Numbered from the stretch's first letter, positions 47,667-56,873 are shown. The stretch: DNA of 64,000 bases from Bacillota bacterium (GCA_009780065.1 WRAS01000004.1:4062-68061), one strand, 5' to 3'. Made by a program: numbers and translations. Notes: generated by a model not told the origin, from the letters alone.

Positions 47667-48812
47667 ATGCTAGAAAAATATGGATTTAAGAAATTATTCA
47701 AGGACGGTGACGAGATTTCCACGGTTGTCGTAGGGATGAGTGGCGGAGTGGATTCCAGTGTCAGTGCCTACGTGTTAAAGTGGCAGGGGTATAATGTAAT
47801 CGGACTGTTTATGAAGAATTGGGAGGACGATGGTGAGAATTGTCCTGCCGAAGCTGACTTTCGTGATGTTAAACGTGTGTGTGAAGTTATTGATGTTCCG
47901 TATTATTCGGTGAACTTTGCGCGTCAATATATGGACAATGTATTTATGGAATTTTTGCGCGGGTTGGAGCGTGGTTTTACACCAAACCCAGATATATTAT
48001 GTAATCGCGAGGTTAAATTCGGTCCGTTCCTTGCCCATGCGGAAAAGATTGGGGCGGATTTCGTGGCAACCGGGCACTATGCCCAAGTTCATCGCGAAGG
48101 GCGTGACACGTATCTGCTAAAGGGGTTAGACGACAAAAAAGATCAAAGTTACTTTTTATGTGGTTTGAATCAGAAGCAATTGTCTCAGGCGATTTTCCCA
48201 ATTGGGCATTTGGAAAAGGGTGTTGTGCGACAGATTGCGGAGGAGTTGGGTTTGGTAACCGCAAAAAAGAAGGACAGTACAGGAATCTGTTTTATAGGTG
48301 AACGCAAGTTTAGGGATTTTATGAAGACCTATTTTGGAAACAAAAGTGGTGAAATTCGTACGTTGGACGAGCGTGTAGTGGGTAGGCACGAAGGGTTAAT
48401 GTATTATACCCTTGGGCAGCGAAAGGGTCTTGGCATTGGCGGGCAAAAGGGTGTGGATGCACACGACGTAGACAGATGGTTTGTAGTGAAAAAAGATTTG
48501 GAAAGAAACATTTTATACGTAAACAATGGCGAATGTGAGGAATTATTTTCAATTGAATTGATTGCGACTGATTTTAATTTTATTCCGAATACGCCAGATG
48601 AAAAGGCATTTAAATGTTTTGCAAAAACGCGATACAGGCAACCGGATCAGGCGTGTATGGTTGAAATCAAAGATAATGGAAATGTTTGGGTAATATTCGA
48701 AAAGAAACAACGTGCGGTAACACCAGGGCAGTGGGTGGTATTATATGATGTGGATGGAAAATGCCTTGGGGGTGGATTAATCTCGCAAAAAAATGATTGT
48801 ATGCAACTGTGA
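47667..48812 (+). CDS. mnmA: tRNA 2-thiouridine(34) synthase
   Basis: VVVGMSGGVDSSVSAYVL PP-loop. Start set at MLEKYG, 5 nt after TGcTATACT. Confidence 0.92.
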   Translation: MLEKYGFKKLFKDGDEISTVVVGMSGGVDSSVSAYVLKWQGYNVIGLFMKNWEDDGENCPAEADFRDVKRVCEVIDVPYYSVNFARQYMDNVFMEFLRGLERGFTPNPDILCNREVKFGPFLAHAEKIGADFVATGHYAQVHREGRDTYLLKGLDDKKDQSYFLCGLNQKQLSQAIFPIGHLEKGVVRQIAEELGLVTAKKKDSTGICFIGERKFRDFMKTYFGNKSGEIRTLDERVVGRHEGLMYYTLGQRKGLGIGGQKGVDAHDVDRWFVVKKDLERNILYVNNGECEELFSIELIATDFNFIPNTPDEKAFKCFAKTRYRQPDQACMVEIKDNGNVWVIFEKKQRAVTPGQWVVLYDVDGKCLGGGLISQKNDCMQL

Positions 48813-48891
48813 CCTAGCATCGAGGAGTCCATAGATTGGCAAGGGGTTTCCCTGGCTCGGTCTAAGGTTGCTTGTAATCAATTTTTGCTCT

Positions 48892-48912
48892 GCCCTTGTA
48901 AAGGGGTTTTTA
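48892..48912 (+). terminator. Intrinsic terminator after mnmA
   Basis: CCCTTGTAAAGGGGTTTTT. Confidence 0.6.
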
Positions 48913-48957
48913 TTATTTGTGCTTGGTGCGATGATGGGAATTGGTATATAATATATT

Positions 48958-49407
48958 ATGAAAGTCTTGTTTGTGTGTGTGGGTAATGTATGTCGCAGTC
49001 CAATGGCGGAGTCTATCTTCAAGGGGCTTTGTGAAAGTGGTGGTTATAGCAATATTGTCGTCAAAAGTGCAGGTTTATATATCCACAGCAGGCAGATGAT
49101 GCCAACCGCGCGGGAAGCACTTTTGCAATGTGGTGAAAAACCCATTAGTGAAGAATTTATTCCGACACAATTTCATTCGGATATGGTTGCGGAATTTGAC
49201 TATATTATTACGATGAATAAGGCACAGGCCGAGCATATAGGGGACTTTGCAAATGTGTATACCGTTGATGAATTAAGCGGGTGCGGGGATGTACTGGATC
49301 CGTATATGGCGAGTTTAGAAATTTATACAATGGTGTGCAAGCAATTGCAAAATGCGCTGATACATATATATAAGAAAATTGTTTTGAGCAATTCTCTTGG
49401 ATATTAA
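48958..49407 (+). CDS. Low-molecular-weight protein phosphatase (YwlE-like)
   Basis: CVGNVCRSPMAE CX5R(S) P-loop. Sits beside rpiB, as in the ywlE-ywlF pair. Confidence 0.8.
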   Translation: MKVLFVCVGNVCRSPMAESIFKGLCESGGYSNIVVKSAGLYIHSRQMMPTAREALLQCGEKPISEEFIPTQFHSDMVAEFDYIITMNKAQAEHIGDFANVYTVDELSGCGDVLDPYMASLEIYTMVCKQLQNALIHIYKKIVLSNSLGY

Positions 49408-49487
49408 TGTAAAACTTTAGTTCGGAATTACGCACTTTGTGCGGTAATTCCTGGGTCATAAAAAAAATCGTTCTGAGGGGTGAAAAA

Positions 49488-49919
49488 GTGAAGAAAACAA
49501 TAGTACTTGCCAGTGATCATGGTGGCTTTGAATTGAAGGAAGGATTAAAAATTTATCTTGCGGAATTGGGGTTCAAAGTGAAAGACGCTGGAACAAAGTC
49601 TGATAAGATGGTGGATTATCCGGTTTTTATTAAAAAAGGTGTGGAGCAAATTATTGGTAAAGATAATGTTGGAATTTTTATTTGTGGTGCAGGTATAGGT
49701 GCCAGTATCATGGCGAACAGGCACAAAGGTATTCGTGCGGCACTATGCCATAGTGTTGAATATGCGCAATTGGCGCGACAACATAACGATGCCAATGTGC
49801 TTTGTTTGGGTGGAAGATTTTTGCCAATTGACGATGCAAAGCAGATTGTGAATGTATTTTTAGGGACACCGTATCTTGGTGGGCGATATGATGACAGAAA
49901 TAAAATGCTGGATTTGTGA
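49488..49919 (+). CDS. rpiB: Ribose-5-phosphate isomerase B
   Basis: IVLASDHGGFELK...ICGAGIGASIMANR motifs. GTG start after a GAGGGG SD. Confidence 0.88.
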   Translation: MKKTIVLASDHGGFELKEGLKIYLAELGFKVKDAGTKSDKMVDYPVFIKKGVEQIIGKDNVGIFICGAGIGASIMANRHKGIRAALCHSVEYAQLARQHNDANVLCLGGRFLPIDDAKQIVNVFLGTPYLGGRYDDRNKMLDL

Positions 49920-49956
49920 ATGTAGTTTTGTATTTACAATGCGCGGTTATTAATGG

Positions 49957-49981
49957 AAAACCCCCTTGGAAGGGGGTGTGT
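49957..49981. terminator. Terminator hairpin shared by the convergent rpiB and mscS genes
   Basis: AAAACCCCCTTGGAAGGGGGTG. Confidence 0.7.
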
Positions 49982-49982
49982 A

Positions 49983-51062
49983 TTATTTTTTTGTTGTGAT
50001 TGTTTCGCTGGTTTTGATGTGGACCTGGGGAACTGCAATTTTGATATCGTGTTTGTCAAACAACGTTCTGAATTCGCGATTAAGGTCACGGTTAAGTTGT
50101 AATCGGGAGACTTCTTCACATTGGGCGACTATTCTTAGGCCTACACCGCGCTCGCTGAATTCGAATGGGCCGATGTATTTTGGACCCTCCAAAATAGATT
50201 CCAGTTTTTCGGCGATACGATCAAGGTTGGTGTTTATTAGTTTTTCTACCCGCGCGAGGTCTTCGGTGTAATCTATTGTTATGTCACAGACGGCGAAACT
50301 GCGGTATTGGGACATGTTAATAACAACACGCAATTCTGAGTTATTAATAACACAAACGTTACCGTCCACACCCTTTATTTTTGTTGTACGGATTCCGATG
50401 TGTTCGACCTCGCCGCGGAAGTTGTTAAATGTTATTATGTCGCCGACCTGGAAACTGTTTTCGAATATTATGAAGACACCACTTAGGATATCTGCAAGCA
50501 GGGATTGTGTACCAAAACCGATAATAATACCAATAACCCCAGCACCAGCGACAAGTGTTCCGATAGGCACGCCAAGCATTCCAAGCAAGATAAAGAAAAG
50601 TACTATGATGCAGGTGTATTTTACAAAGTTTTGCAGCATGGACATGATTGTCTTGCGGCGGTTGTTTGAACCCTTTGAAAGAAGTGATGTTACAAGCCAA
50701 CTAAGTTTGATTATAAGGAAAACGATAAAGGTGGTTGCCAACATTTGTAGCAAAACACCAAATCCAGCCCCCTGCGTGAATAGGTTGGCAATGTTGCGCA
50801 CGTCTAGCGAGTTATCCAGTGCCGCCTGGTGAATCCATGAATCTGCACCAAAAATTAGGCGCGTTAAAGTACTGGCGGTTAGTAATAGTGTGATAAAAGA
50901 AATAACAAGTATCCAATAGGTAATTCGCCTGCGCTTGCGTCGGCGGTTACGCTCGATTTCTTTCATTGCGGATTTGCTGAATGCCACACGCGTGACACCT
51001 GTGTCCAGGTCTTCGTTACCTGTGAATTCGTTTTCTATGTTTTCCATGAACACATTATACAA
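49983..51062 (-). CDS. MscS-family mechanosensitive channel
   Basis: TM segments followed by ADILSGVFIIFENSFQVGDIITF, typical of the MscS beta-domain entry. Confidence 0.85.
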   Translation of the reverse strand: MYNVFMENIENEFTGNEDLDTGVTRVAFSKSAMKEIERNRRRKRRRITYWILVISFITLLLTASTLTRLIFGADSWIHQAALDNSLDVRNIANLFTQGAGFGVLLQMLATTFIVFLIIKLSWLVTSLLSKGSNNRRKTIMSMLQNFVKYTCIIVLFFILLGMLGVPIGTLVAGAGVIGIIIGFGTQSLLADILSGVFIIFENSFQVGDIITFNNFRGEVEHIGIRTTKIKGVDGNVCVINNSELRVVINMSQYRSFAVCDITIDYTEDLARVEKLINTNLDRIAEKLESILEGPKYIGPFEFSERGVGLRIVAQCEEVSRLQLNRDLNREFRTLFDKHDIKIAVPQVHIKTSETITTKK

Positions 51063-51150
51063 TGAAGTGTTGCATAAGTCTAGTTACTAAATGACATTTT
51101 TGCTGTTCAAGTCATGTTAATTTATGTATAATATTTGGATAGGAGGGAAG

Positions 51151-52263
51151 ATGGATGAGAGGGTAGTTAAACTGGCGAACAATTTATTGTCGCACAGTTG
51201 CAACTTTAAAAAAGGTCAGACAATTATTATCGAGGGGTCACAAGATGCGCGTGATTTAATTGTTGCATTGGTGCGTCGTGTTTATGAAATTGGCGGTTAT
51301 CCATTTGTGAGATTAAGTGACGATGCAATTGCGCGTGAGATTTTGATGGGTGTAACCGAGGAATATTCAAAAAAAGCATGCAAGTATGCAAAGCCGTTAT
51401 TCGAAGACGCACATGCATACATCGGTATAGGCGTATCCAACAACGTGTTTGAAACCGCGGATGTGCCGATCGAGAAAAAGAACATTCATACCAAACATTA
51501 CGGAAAGCCAATTCACATTGAAATTCGTGTAAAGAAGACCAATTGGGTTATCTTGCGTTATCCGAATGCGTCTATGGCACAGTTGGCACATACATCACAA
51601 GAGGCGTTTAGGAATTTTTACTTTAACGTGTGCAATTTGGATTATGGCAAGATGAACAAGGCTATGCAACCGCTGAAGGAATTAATTGAACGTACAGATA
51701 AAGTTAGAATTGTTGCACCGGATACGGATCTTGCGTTTTCAATAAAGGGACAAAAAGCAGTTATATGCAGTGGTCACCAAAACATCCCAGACGGCGAGAT
51801 TTTTACATCTCCAGTCAAAGATAGTGTCAATGGCACAATAAAATTCAATATACCGTCGCTGCATAAAGGGATTGTACATAACGAAATAACGCTGGTATTT
51901 GAAAATGGTAAGGTGGTAAGTGAACGCAGCAGTAACACCGCGGCGCTTAGAAATGAATTGGATTCGGACGAGGGGTCAAGATATATCGGAGAATTTGCGT
52001 TTGGTGTGAACCCATATATTACGAAACCAATGTATGACACGCTGTTTGATGAGAAAATGAGGGGGAGTATACATCTGGCACTGGGAAACGCGTACGAGGA
52101 TGCGGATAATGGTAATCGGAGTCAACTGCACTGGGATATTGTGCAAAGCCACGATGTGGACTATGGCTGGGGTGAAATTTGGTTTGACGGTATTATGATA
52201 CGAAAAGATGGAAGATTTGTCGTCCCAGAGTTGGACGGATTGAATCCAGAAAACTTGAAATAA
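51151..52263 (+). CDS. M29-family aminopeptidase (AmpS/PepS-like)
   Basis: Start at MDERVV after a GGAGGG SD. N-terminal and C-terminal (GNRSQLHWD) patterns match M29. Confidence 0.8.
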   Translation: MDERVVKLANNLLSHSCNFKKGQTIIIEGSQDARDLIVALVRRVYEIGGYPFVRLSDDAIAREILMGVTEEYSKKACKYAKPLFEDAHAYIGIGVSNNVFETADVPIEKKNIHTKHYGKPIHIEIRVKKTNWVILRYPNASMAQLAHTSQEAFRNFYFNVCNLDYGKMNKAMQPLKELIERTDKVRIVAPDTDLAFSIKGQKAVICSGHQNIPDGEIFTSPVKDSVNGTIKFNIPSLHKGIVHNEITLVFENGKVVSERSSNTAALRNELDSDEGSRYIGEFAFGVNPYITKPMYDTLFDEKMRGSIHLALGNAYEDADNGNRSQLHWDIVQSHDVDYGWGEIWFDGIMIRKDGRFVVPELDGLNPENLK

Positions 52264-52284
52264 TTGAAGATACAGGAGACACAT

Positions 52285-53511
52285 ATGAAAAGATTTGATG
52301 AAATTTTGTTTGAAAGATACTTTGCGGATTGGACCGGTATGCCGCATGAGAAATTTAAAAGTATGTTGCGTGTAAAGGCGCAGAAGATTCTGCCGGATTT
52401 GAATGAAATTGATTTTTCACAAACACAAAGGGTGAAACTTGGGATAGATGCCAGCGGACAGGACATTCACATTGGTCACCTTTGCCCAATTATTGTGTTG
52501 AACATGTTTGTAAAGGCAGGACATCACGTAGATTTTATTATTGGCGATTTTACGGTAAAAATCGGAGACCCAAGTGGTCGTGTATCGGATCGTCCGATTT
52601 TAACGGATAAACAAATTGCAAAGAACTTTAAAACATACGAGATGCAAATATCTAGGTATATCGATGTAAGCAAATTACATGTGATAAAGAACAGTACATG
52701 GTTGAAAAAGGTTAAGTTGGCGCAGATAATTGCAATCGCACAACAACGTAATATGGCAACGATTATGCAGCGCGATGATTTCCGTCAAAGAATGGAGCAG
52801 GGCGGTCTAACCCAAGCCGAGACATTATACGGGATATTGGTTGGATTGGATTCGGTTGCGTTGAATACGACGATTGAATTGGGCGGAATTGACCAGTTGT
52901 TGAATTTCCAGCAAACGCGCGAGGTTCAACGTATAATGGGGCAAAAAACCGAACACATTTTTATGACGCCTATATTAGAGGGGTTGAGTGGGGACGGCAA
53001 AAAGATGAGTAAATCATACGATAACTATATTGCGGTTTTAGCGAGTCCCGAAGATAAATTTGGAAAATTAATGAGTTTGTCAGATGGTTTGTTAATGTCG
53101 TACTTTAAAAGTTTTGGATATTTGTATGAGGAAGAGTTAGCCGAGTTAGAGGAGTTCATTAAACAAAACCCAATGGAGGCAAAGAAGCAACTGGCAACTT
53201 ATTTTGTTTCGTTGGAAACACGTGATTTAGTCGCGGGTTTAAATGAACGTAAAAAGTTCGAGGAAAAGTTTTCCAAGCGCGAATACAAGGATGAGGACTT
53301 TGTTATAATTAATGCAAATGCAGGGGATATGTTACTGGATATTTTGAATACCAGTGGAAAGTTCGCGTCTAAGGGCGAGTTGAAAAGGTTGCTTCAAAGC
53401 GGGGCAATTAGAAATCTGGACGAAGATATGGTGTATAAGGTTGATGAGGCAATTAACAAAAGTGTAAAAATCAAGGTTGGAAAGTTGAATTTGTTTGCGG
53501 TGAAGGTATAA
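52285..53511 (+). CDS. tyrS: Tyrosine--tRNA ligase (KMSKS-type) with a C-terminal S4-like domain
   Basis: DIHIGHL (HIGH) and KMSKS. C-terminal SKGELKRLLQSGAIRN. Start at the ATG after a CAGGAG SD. Confidence 0.82.
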   Translation: MKRFDEILFERYFADWTGMPHEKFKSMLRVKAQKILPDLNEIDFSQTQRVKLGIDASGQDIHIGHLCPIIVLNMFVKAGHHVDFIIGDFTVKIGDPSGRVSDRPILTDKQIAKNFKTYEMQISRYIDVSKLHVIKNSTWLKKVKLAQIIAIAQQRNMATIMQRDDFRQRMEQGGLTQAETLYGILVGLDSVALNTTIELGGIDQLLNFQQTREVQRIMGQKTEHIFMTPILEGLSGDGKKMSKSYDNYIAVLASPEDKFGKLMSLSDGLLMSYFKSFGYLYEEELAELEEFIKQNPMEAKKQLATYFVSLETRDLVAGLNERKKFEEKFSKREYKDEDFVIINANAGDMLLDILNTSGKFASKGELKRLLQSGAIRNLDEDMVYKVDEAINKSVKIKVGKLNLFAVKV

Positions 53512-53512
53512 G

Positions 53513-53698
53513 TTACTTTTTCTTTTTTGCGTGGCGAAAAAGAAACAAAAAAGCATTGGGGGTTTGCGAAGACCCAGGAATTATCCCACGAAGTGGGTAA
53601 TTCCTAATTTATATTTTTCATTAGTGTCCAAGAAACCATCGCAGATGGTTTCTTATTCCCCTCAAACCCCCACAAACGCTTTATTGTAAAGGTACTGG
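53513..53698 (+). repeat. C/G-tract intergenic repeat, copy B (arms split by an 84-nt insert carrying two perfect hairpins)
   Basis: Left arm 53513-53570 resembles the copy A left arm. Right arm 53653-53698 carries ATTCCCCTCAAACCCCCACAAACGCTTTATTG. Hairpins at 53576-53605 and 53630-53654. Confidence 0.7.
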
Positions 53699-53852
53699 TT
53701 TAGTTTATGATAGGGATTGTTCCACTTTGTGGGATAATAATGCATGGACATTAAGCCCTAAGAGGGGTTGGCGAGGCGCACTTGACACCCCAGCGCATTA
53801 AAGAAGAGTATATTTGCGAACAAAGCAATGACGTGGTTAAGTTATTTGGTTG

Positions 53853-54074
53853 CTATAACTCTGGTTTGCCCAAGATATCTTCGTAGGTGCAATTTAAAAC
53901 AAAGCAGAGTTTTTTAAGGGTGACGAGGCTTGGAAGAGTTTGTCCGTTTAAATAGAATGATATGTTTGTCCTATCAATCCCTATAAGATTAGCAATTTCT
54001 TCTTGTGTTTTTTCAGATTGCTTCAGTTCGTTTTTTAAGTTTTCTGCAATCTGTTCCCATTCGTTTTTGTTCAT
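53853..54074 (-). CDS. XRE-family HTH regulator (73 aa)
   Basis: QEEIANLIGIDRTNISFYLNGQTLP HTH segment. Confidence 0.65.
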   Translation of the reverse strand: MNKNEWEQIAENLKNELKQSEKTQEEIANLIGIDRTNISFYLNGQTLPSLVTLKKLCFVLNCTYEDILGKPEL

Positions 54075-54081
54075 AATAATA

Positions 54082-54129
54082 TTGTAAGTAATACTTACAA
54101 AAATAATTTGACATGTTAGTTAACTAACA
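54082..54129. promoter_or_regulatory. Two perfect palindromes upstream of the XRE gene
   Basis: TTGTAAGTA-A-TACTTACAA (54082-54100) and TGTTAGTTAACTAACA (54114-54129). Confidence 0.45.
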
Positions 54130-54131
54130 AA

Positions 54132-55556
54132 TTAATACGCGCGTGCCCAGACGACAATGTATTTTGATTGTTCGCCACAGATTGCACATTTGGTTTCGTT
54201 GGTGTCATTTATTATGCAACGACTGGTGATTCCGAATTCGGATTTAAGTTTGTCCTCGCAGCCCTCGGCACTACACCATGGAGCGCGGATAAAACCTGGT
54301 TTTGTGTTTGCTAGGGTTGTGATTTCGTTCATATTTTTTGCGTCATAAGTCATTTCATTAAGACGGTTAAGGGCTCGCTCGTACATTCCGTCGTGAACAC
54401 GTTGCAGAAGTTTCGGAAGTTCCTTTTTTAAGTCGGCGATGTTAACCGAGATTTTTTCCCGGGTATTTCGTAACACGACGACGCATGTTTGGTTTTCAAT
54501 GTCACGTGGGCCGTATTCGATTCGAATTGGTACACCGCGCATTTCCCATTCCGCGAATTTCCAGCCTGGGCTGTTCTCGGTTTCGTCCATGTGTGTGCGG
54601 ACGACCCGTTCTATGGATTTTTTAAATTTTTTCGCCGCTTTTAATACGCCTTCTTTTTGTGTTTGGATTGGTACGATGATGACTTGGATAGGTGCGACAT
54701 GTGGCGGTAATATTAAACCATTTTCGTCACCATGAGCCATAACAATACCACCTATAAGACGGGTGGATGCACCCCAACTGGTGTAGAATGGATATTGTTC
54801 TTTGCCCGCACGGCTTTGGTATTTGATTCCGAATGCCTTGGAAAATCCGTTGCCCAAAAAGTGGCTGGTGCCCGCTTGTAATGCTTTTCCATCGTGCATC
54901 ATGGCTTCGATTGTGAATGTGTCGACCGCACCTGCAAATTTTTCGCTTTCGGTCTTTTTACCTGCCAACATAGGTATTGCAAGAACCTCGCGTGCGAAAT
55001 CGCAATATAGTTTATGTATTGCAAGTGTCATTTTCATCGCTTCGTTTTTTGTTTCGTGTAGTGTATGCCCCTCTTGCCAAAAGAATTCGGTTGTTCGTAA
55101 AAACGGACGTGTATTTTTCTCCCAGCGAACGATGTTTGCCCATTGATTGAATTTTTTTGGCAGGTCACGATAACTGTGGATATGGCTTGCGAAATAATCA
55201 CAGAAGAGAACCTCGCTGGTTGGACGGATTAGCAACCGTTCGGCCAGTTTTTCCTCGCCTCCGTGAGTCACCCATGCGACTTCGGGCGCGAAACCTTTTA
55301 TGTGGTCTTTTTCCTTTTGAAATAATGATTCTGGGATTAGTAACGGCATGGTGACATTTTCCACGCCTAATTTTTTAAATCGTGCGTCCAAGTTAACTTT
55401 CATGTTTTCCCAAAGTGCGGTTCCGTATGGTGGGATGTACATACAGCCTTTTACGCCAGAGTAACTGACGAGGCCGCTTTTGACAACGACATCGGTATAC
55501 CATTGTGGGAAATCGGTGTTGATGTCTGCGATTGAATCTAATTTTTTCTTTTCCAT
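54132..55556 (-). CDS. proS: Proline--tRNA ligase (archaeal/eukaryote-like type without an INS editing domain)
   Basis: Class II motifs, 474 aa, and the C-terminal Zn-binding-domain signature CAICGEQSKYIVVWARAY. Confidence 0.92.
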   Translation of the reverse strand: MEKKKLDSIADINTDFPQWYTDVVVKSGLVSYSGVKGCMYIPPYGTALWENMKVNLDARFKKLGVENVTMPLLIPESLFQKEKDHIKGFAPEVAWVTHGGEEKLAERLLIRPTSEVLFCDYFASHIHSYRDLPKKFNQWANIVRWEKNTRPFLRTTEFFWQEGHTLHETKNEAMKMTLAIHKLYCDFAREVLAIPMLAGKKTESEKFAGAVDTFTIEAMMHDGKALQAGTSHFLGNGFSKAFGIKYQSRAGKEQYPFYTSWGASTRLIGGIVMAHGDENGLILPPHVAPIQVIIVPIQTQKEGVLKAAKKFKKSIERVVRTHMDETENSPGWKFAEWEMRGVPIRIEYGPRDIENQTCVVVLRNTREKISVNIADLKKELPKLLQRVHDGMYERALNRLNEMTYDAKNMNEITTLANTKPGFIRAPWCSAEGCEDKLKSEFGITSRCIINDTNETKCAICGEQSKYIVVWARAY

Positions 55557-55693
55557 AATAGACAGTTTAACATAAAGTGAAGTAAGAGTACAATTATATA
55601 TGCTGTAATTAAGTTTAAAAAATTAATTGTTCTTTTTGAGTGTCCAAAAAATGCTACAAAGATGTGTTTTTATCGTGAGATTGCTCGCATTTT

Positions 55694-55742
55694 TTATTCC
55701 CCCCAACCCCCCCACAAACGCTTTATTGAAAAGAGTACTGGG
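55694..55742 (+). repeat. C/G-tract intergenic repeat, copy C (C-arm only)
   Basis: TTATTCCCCCCAACCCCCCCACAAACGCTTTATTGAAAAGAGTACTGG, nearly identical to the copy B right arm. Confidence 0.7.
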
Positions 55743-55821
55743 TGTGTACAAAAATGCGATGGGGAGTTTTGTGGTGGAATAAACAAAAACTAAATCTCAC
55801 TTGACGTTAAACAAGATTGAC

Positions 55822-55850
55822 TTGATTTTTGTCACCAAAAGATATATTAT
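55822..55850 (+). promoter_or_regulatory. Leaderless promoter of pheST (TTGATT-17-TATTAT-6-ATG)
   Basis: Counted directly. No SD. Confidence 0.5.
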
Positions 55851-55856
55851 TTACGT

Positions 55857-56873
55857 ATGGAAATATCAAAGTTGAAAAAAGAAATTGATGCAGAGATTGC
55901 AGGGTTGAAGACAGAATTGGATTGCAATGAATTTCATCAAAAATATTTGGGAAAGGGCGGGGCGATAACCCTGTTGTTACGTGATGTTGGGAAGTTAGAG
56001 GCAGATGAACGTGCACGCGTTGCCCAAGAGTTAAACGTGTTAAAACGGGATGTGGAGGGTAGTCTTTTTGTATTGCAAAAAGAATTTAAGGAACGAGAGA
56101 TTAATGAAAAGTTATTACAAGATAAACTGGTGGATATATCTATTCCAGACATTGGTCGCGAGGTAGGGTTCTTGCACCCAATTACACGTGTAATGCGTGA
56201 AGTCACCGAAGCATTTGCAACTATGGGATTTATTATTGAAGATGGCAATGAAATTGTGACAGAATATGAAAACTTTACAAGTTTGAATGTGGCGCCAAAT
56301 CATCCGGCACGTGATATGCAGGATACATTTTGGCTGGATAATGGTGGGGTGCTGCGAACACATACGACGGCATTGCAGAATTATTTATACAAAAAATATG
56401 GGCCGGAATGCCGTGTAATATTTCCAGGCAGATGTTATCGTAACGAAAACATAGATGCCAGCCACGATATGGCATTTTTTCAGGTGGATGGAATAATGGT
56501 GGGCAAGGACGTGTCTATTGCGAATTTGATTTATTTCATGAAACGTGTTTTAAGTGCGGTATTTAAAAAAGATATCAAGGTTCGTTTGCGTCCCGGCTTC
56601 TTTCCATTTACGGAACCTAGTTTTGAATTGGATGCAAGTTGTATGTTTTGTGAGAGTGGATGTAATGTATGCAAGAAGTCTGGTTGGATTGAATTCTGTG
56701 GTTGTGGGATGATTCATCCGAATGTACTGGAAATGGGTGGAATTAATCCGAACGAGTATCAGGGTTTTGCATTCGGATTTGGTTTAACACGACTTGTGAT
56801 GTTGAAGTTTGGTGTGGATGATGTGCGTGTGTTTAATTCGGGTAATATCGAGGCACTGGGTGCGGTTAAGTAG
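55857..56873 (+). CDS. pheS: Phenylalanine--tRNA ligase alpha subunit
   Basis: HPARDMQDTF, FPGRCYRNE and FAFGFGLTRL class II motifs. Confidence 0.93.
   Translation: MEISKLKKEIDAEIAGLKTELDCNEFHQKYLGKGGAITLLLRDVGKLEADERARVAQELNVLKRDVEGSLFVLQKEFKEREINEKLLQDKLVDISIPDIGREVGFLHPITRVMREVTEAFATMGFIIEDGNEIVTEYENFTSLNVAPNHPARDMQDTFWLDNGGVLRTHTTALQNYLYKKYGPECRVIFPGRCYRNENIDASHDMAFFQVDGIMVGKDVSIANLIYFMKRVLSAVFKKDIKVRLRPGFFPFTEPSFELDASCMFCESGCNVCKKSGWIEFCGCGMIHPNVLEMGGINPNEYQGFAFGFGLTRLVMLKFGVDDVRVFNSGNIEALGAVK

Noticed and set aside
48813-48891. Possible small RNA between mnmA and its terminator
   Set aside because: Only weak 4-bp pairings (AGGG-GTTT-CCCT), with no promoter and no recognisable family motif. 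It is most simply the mnmA 3' UTR.
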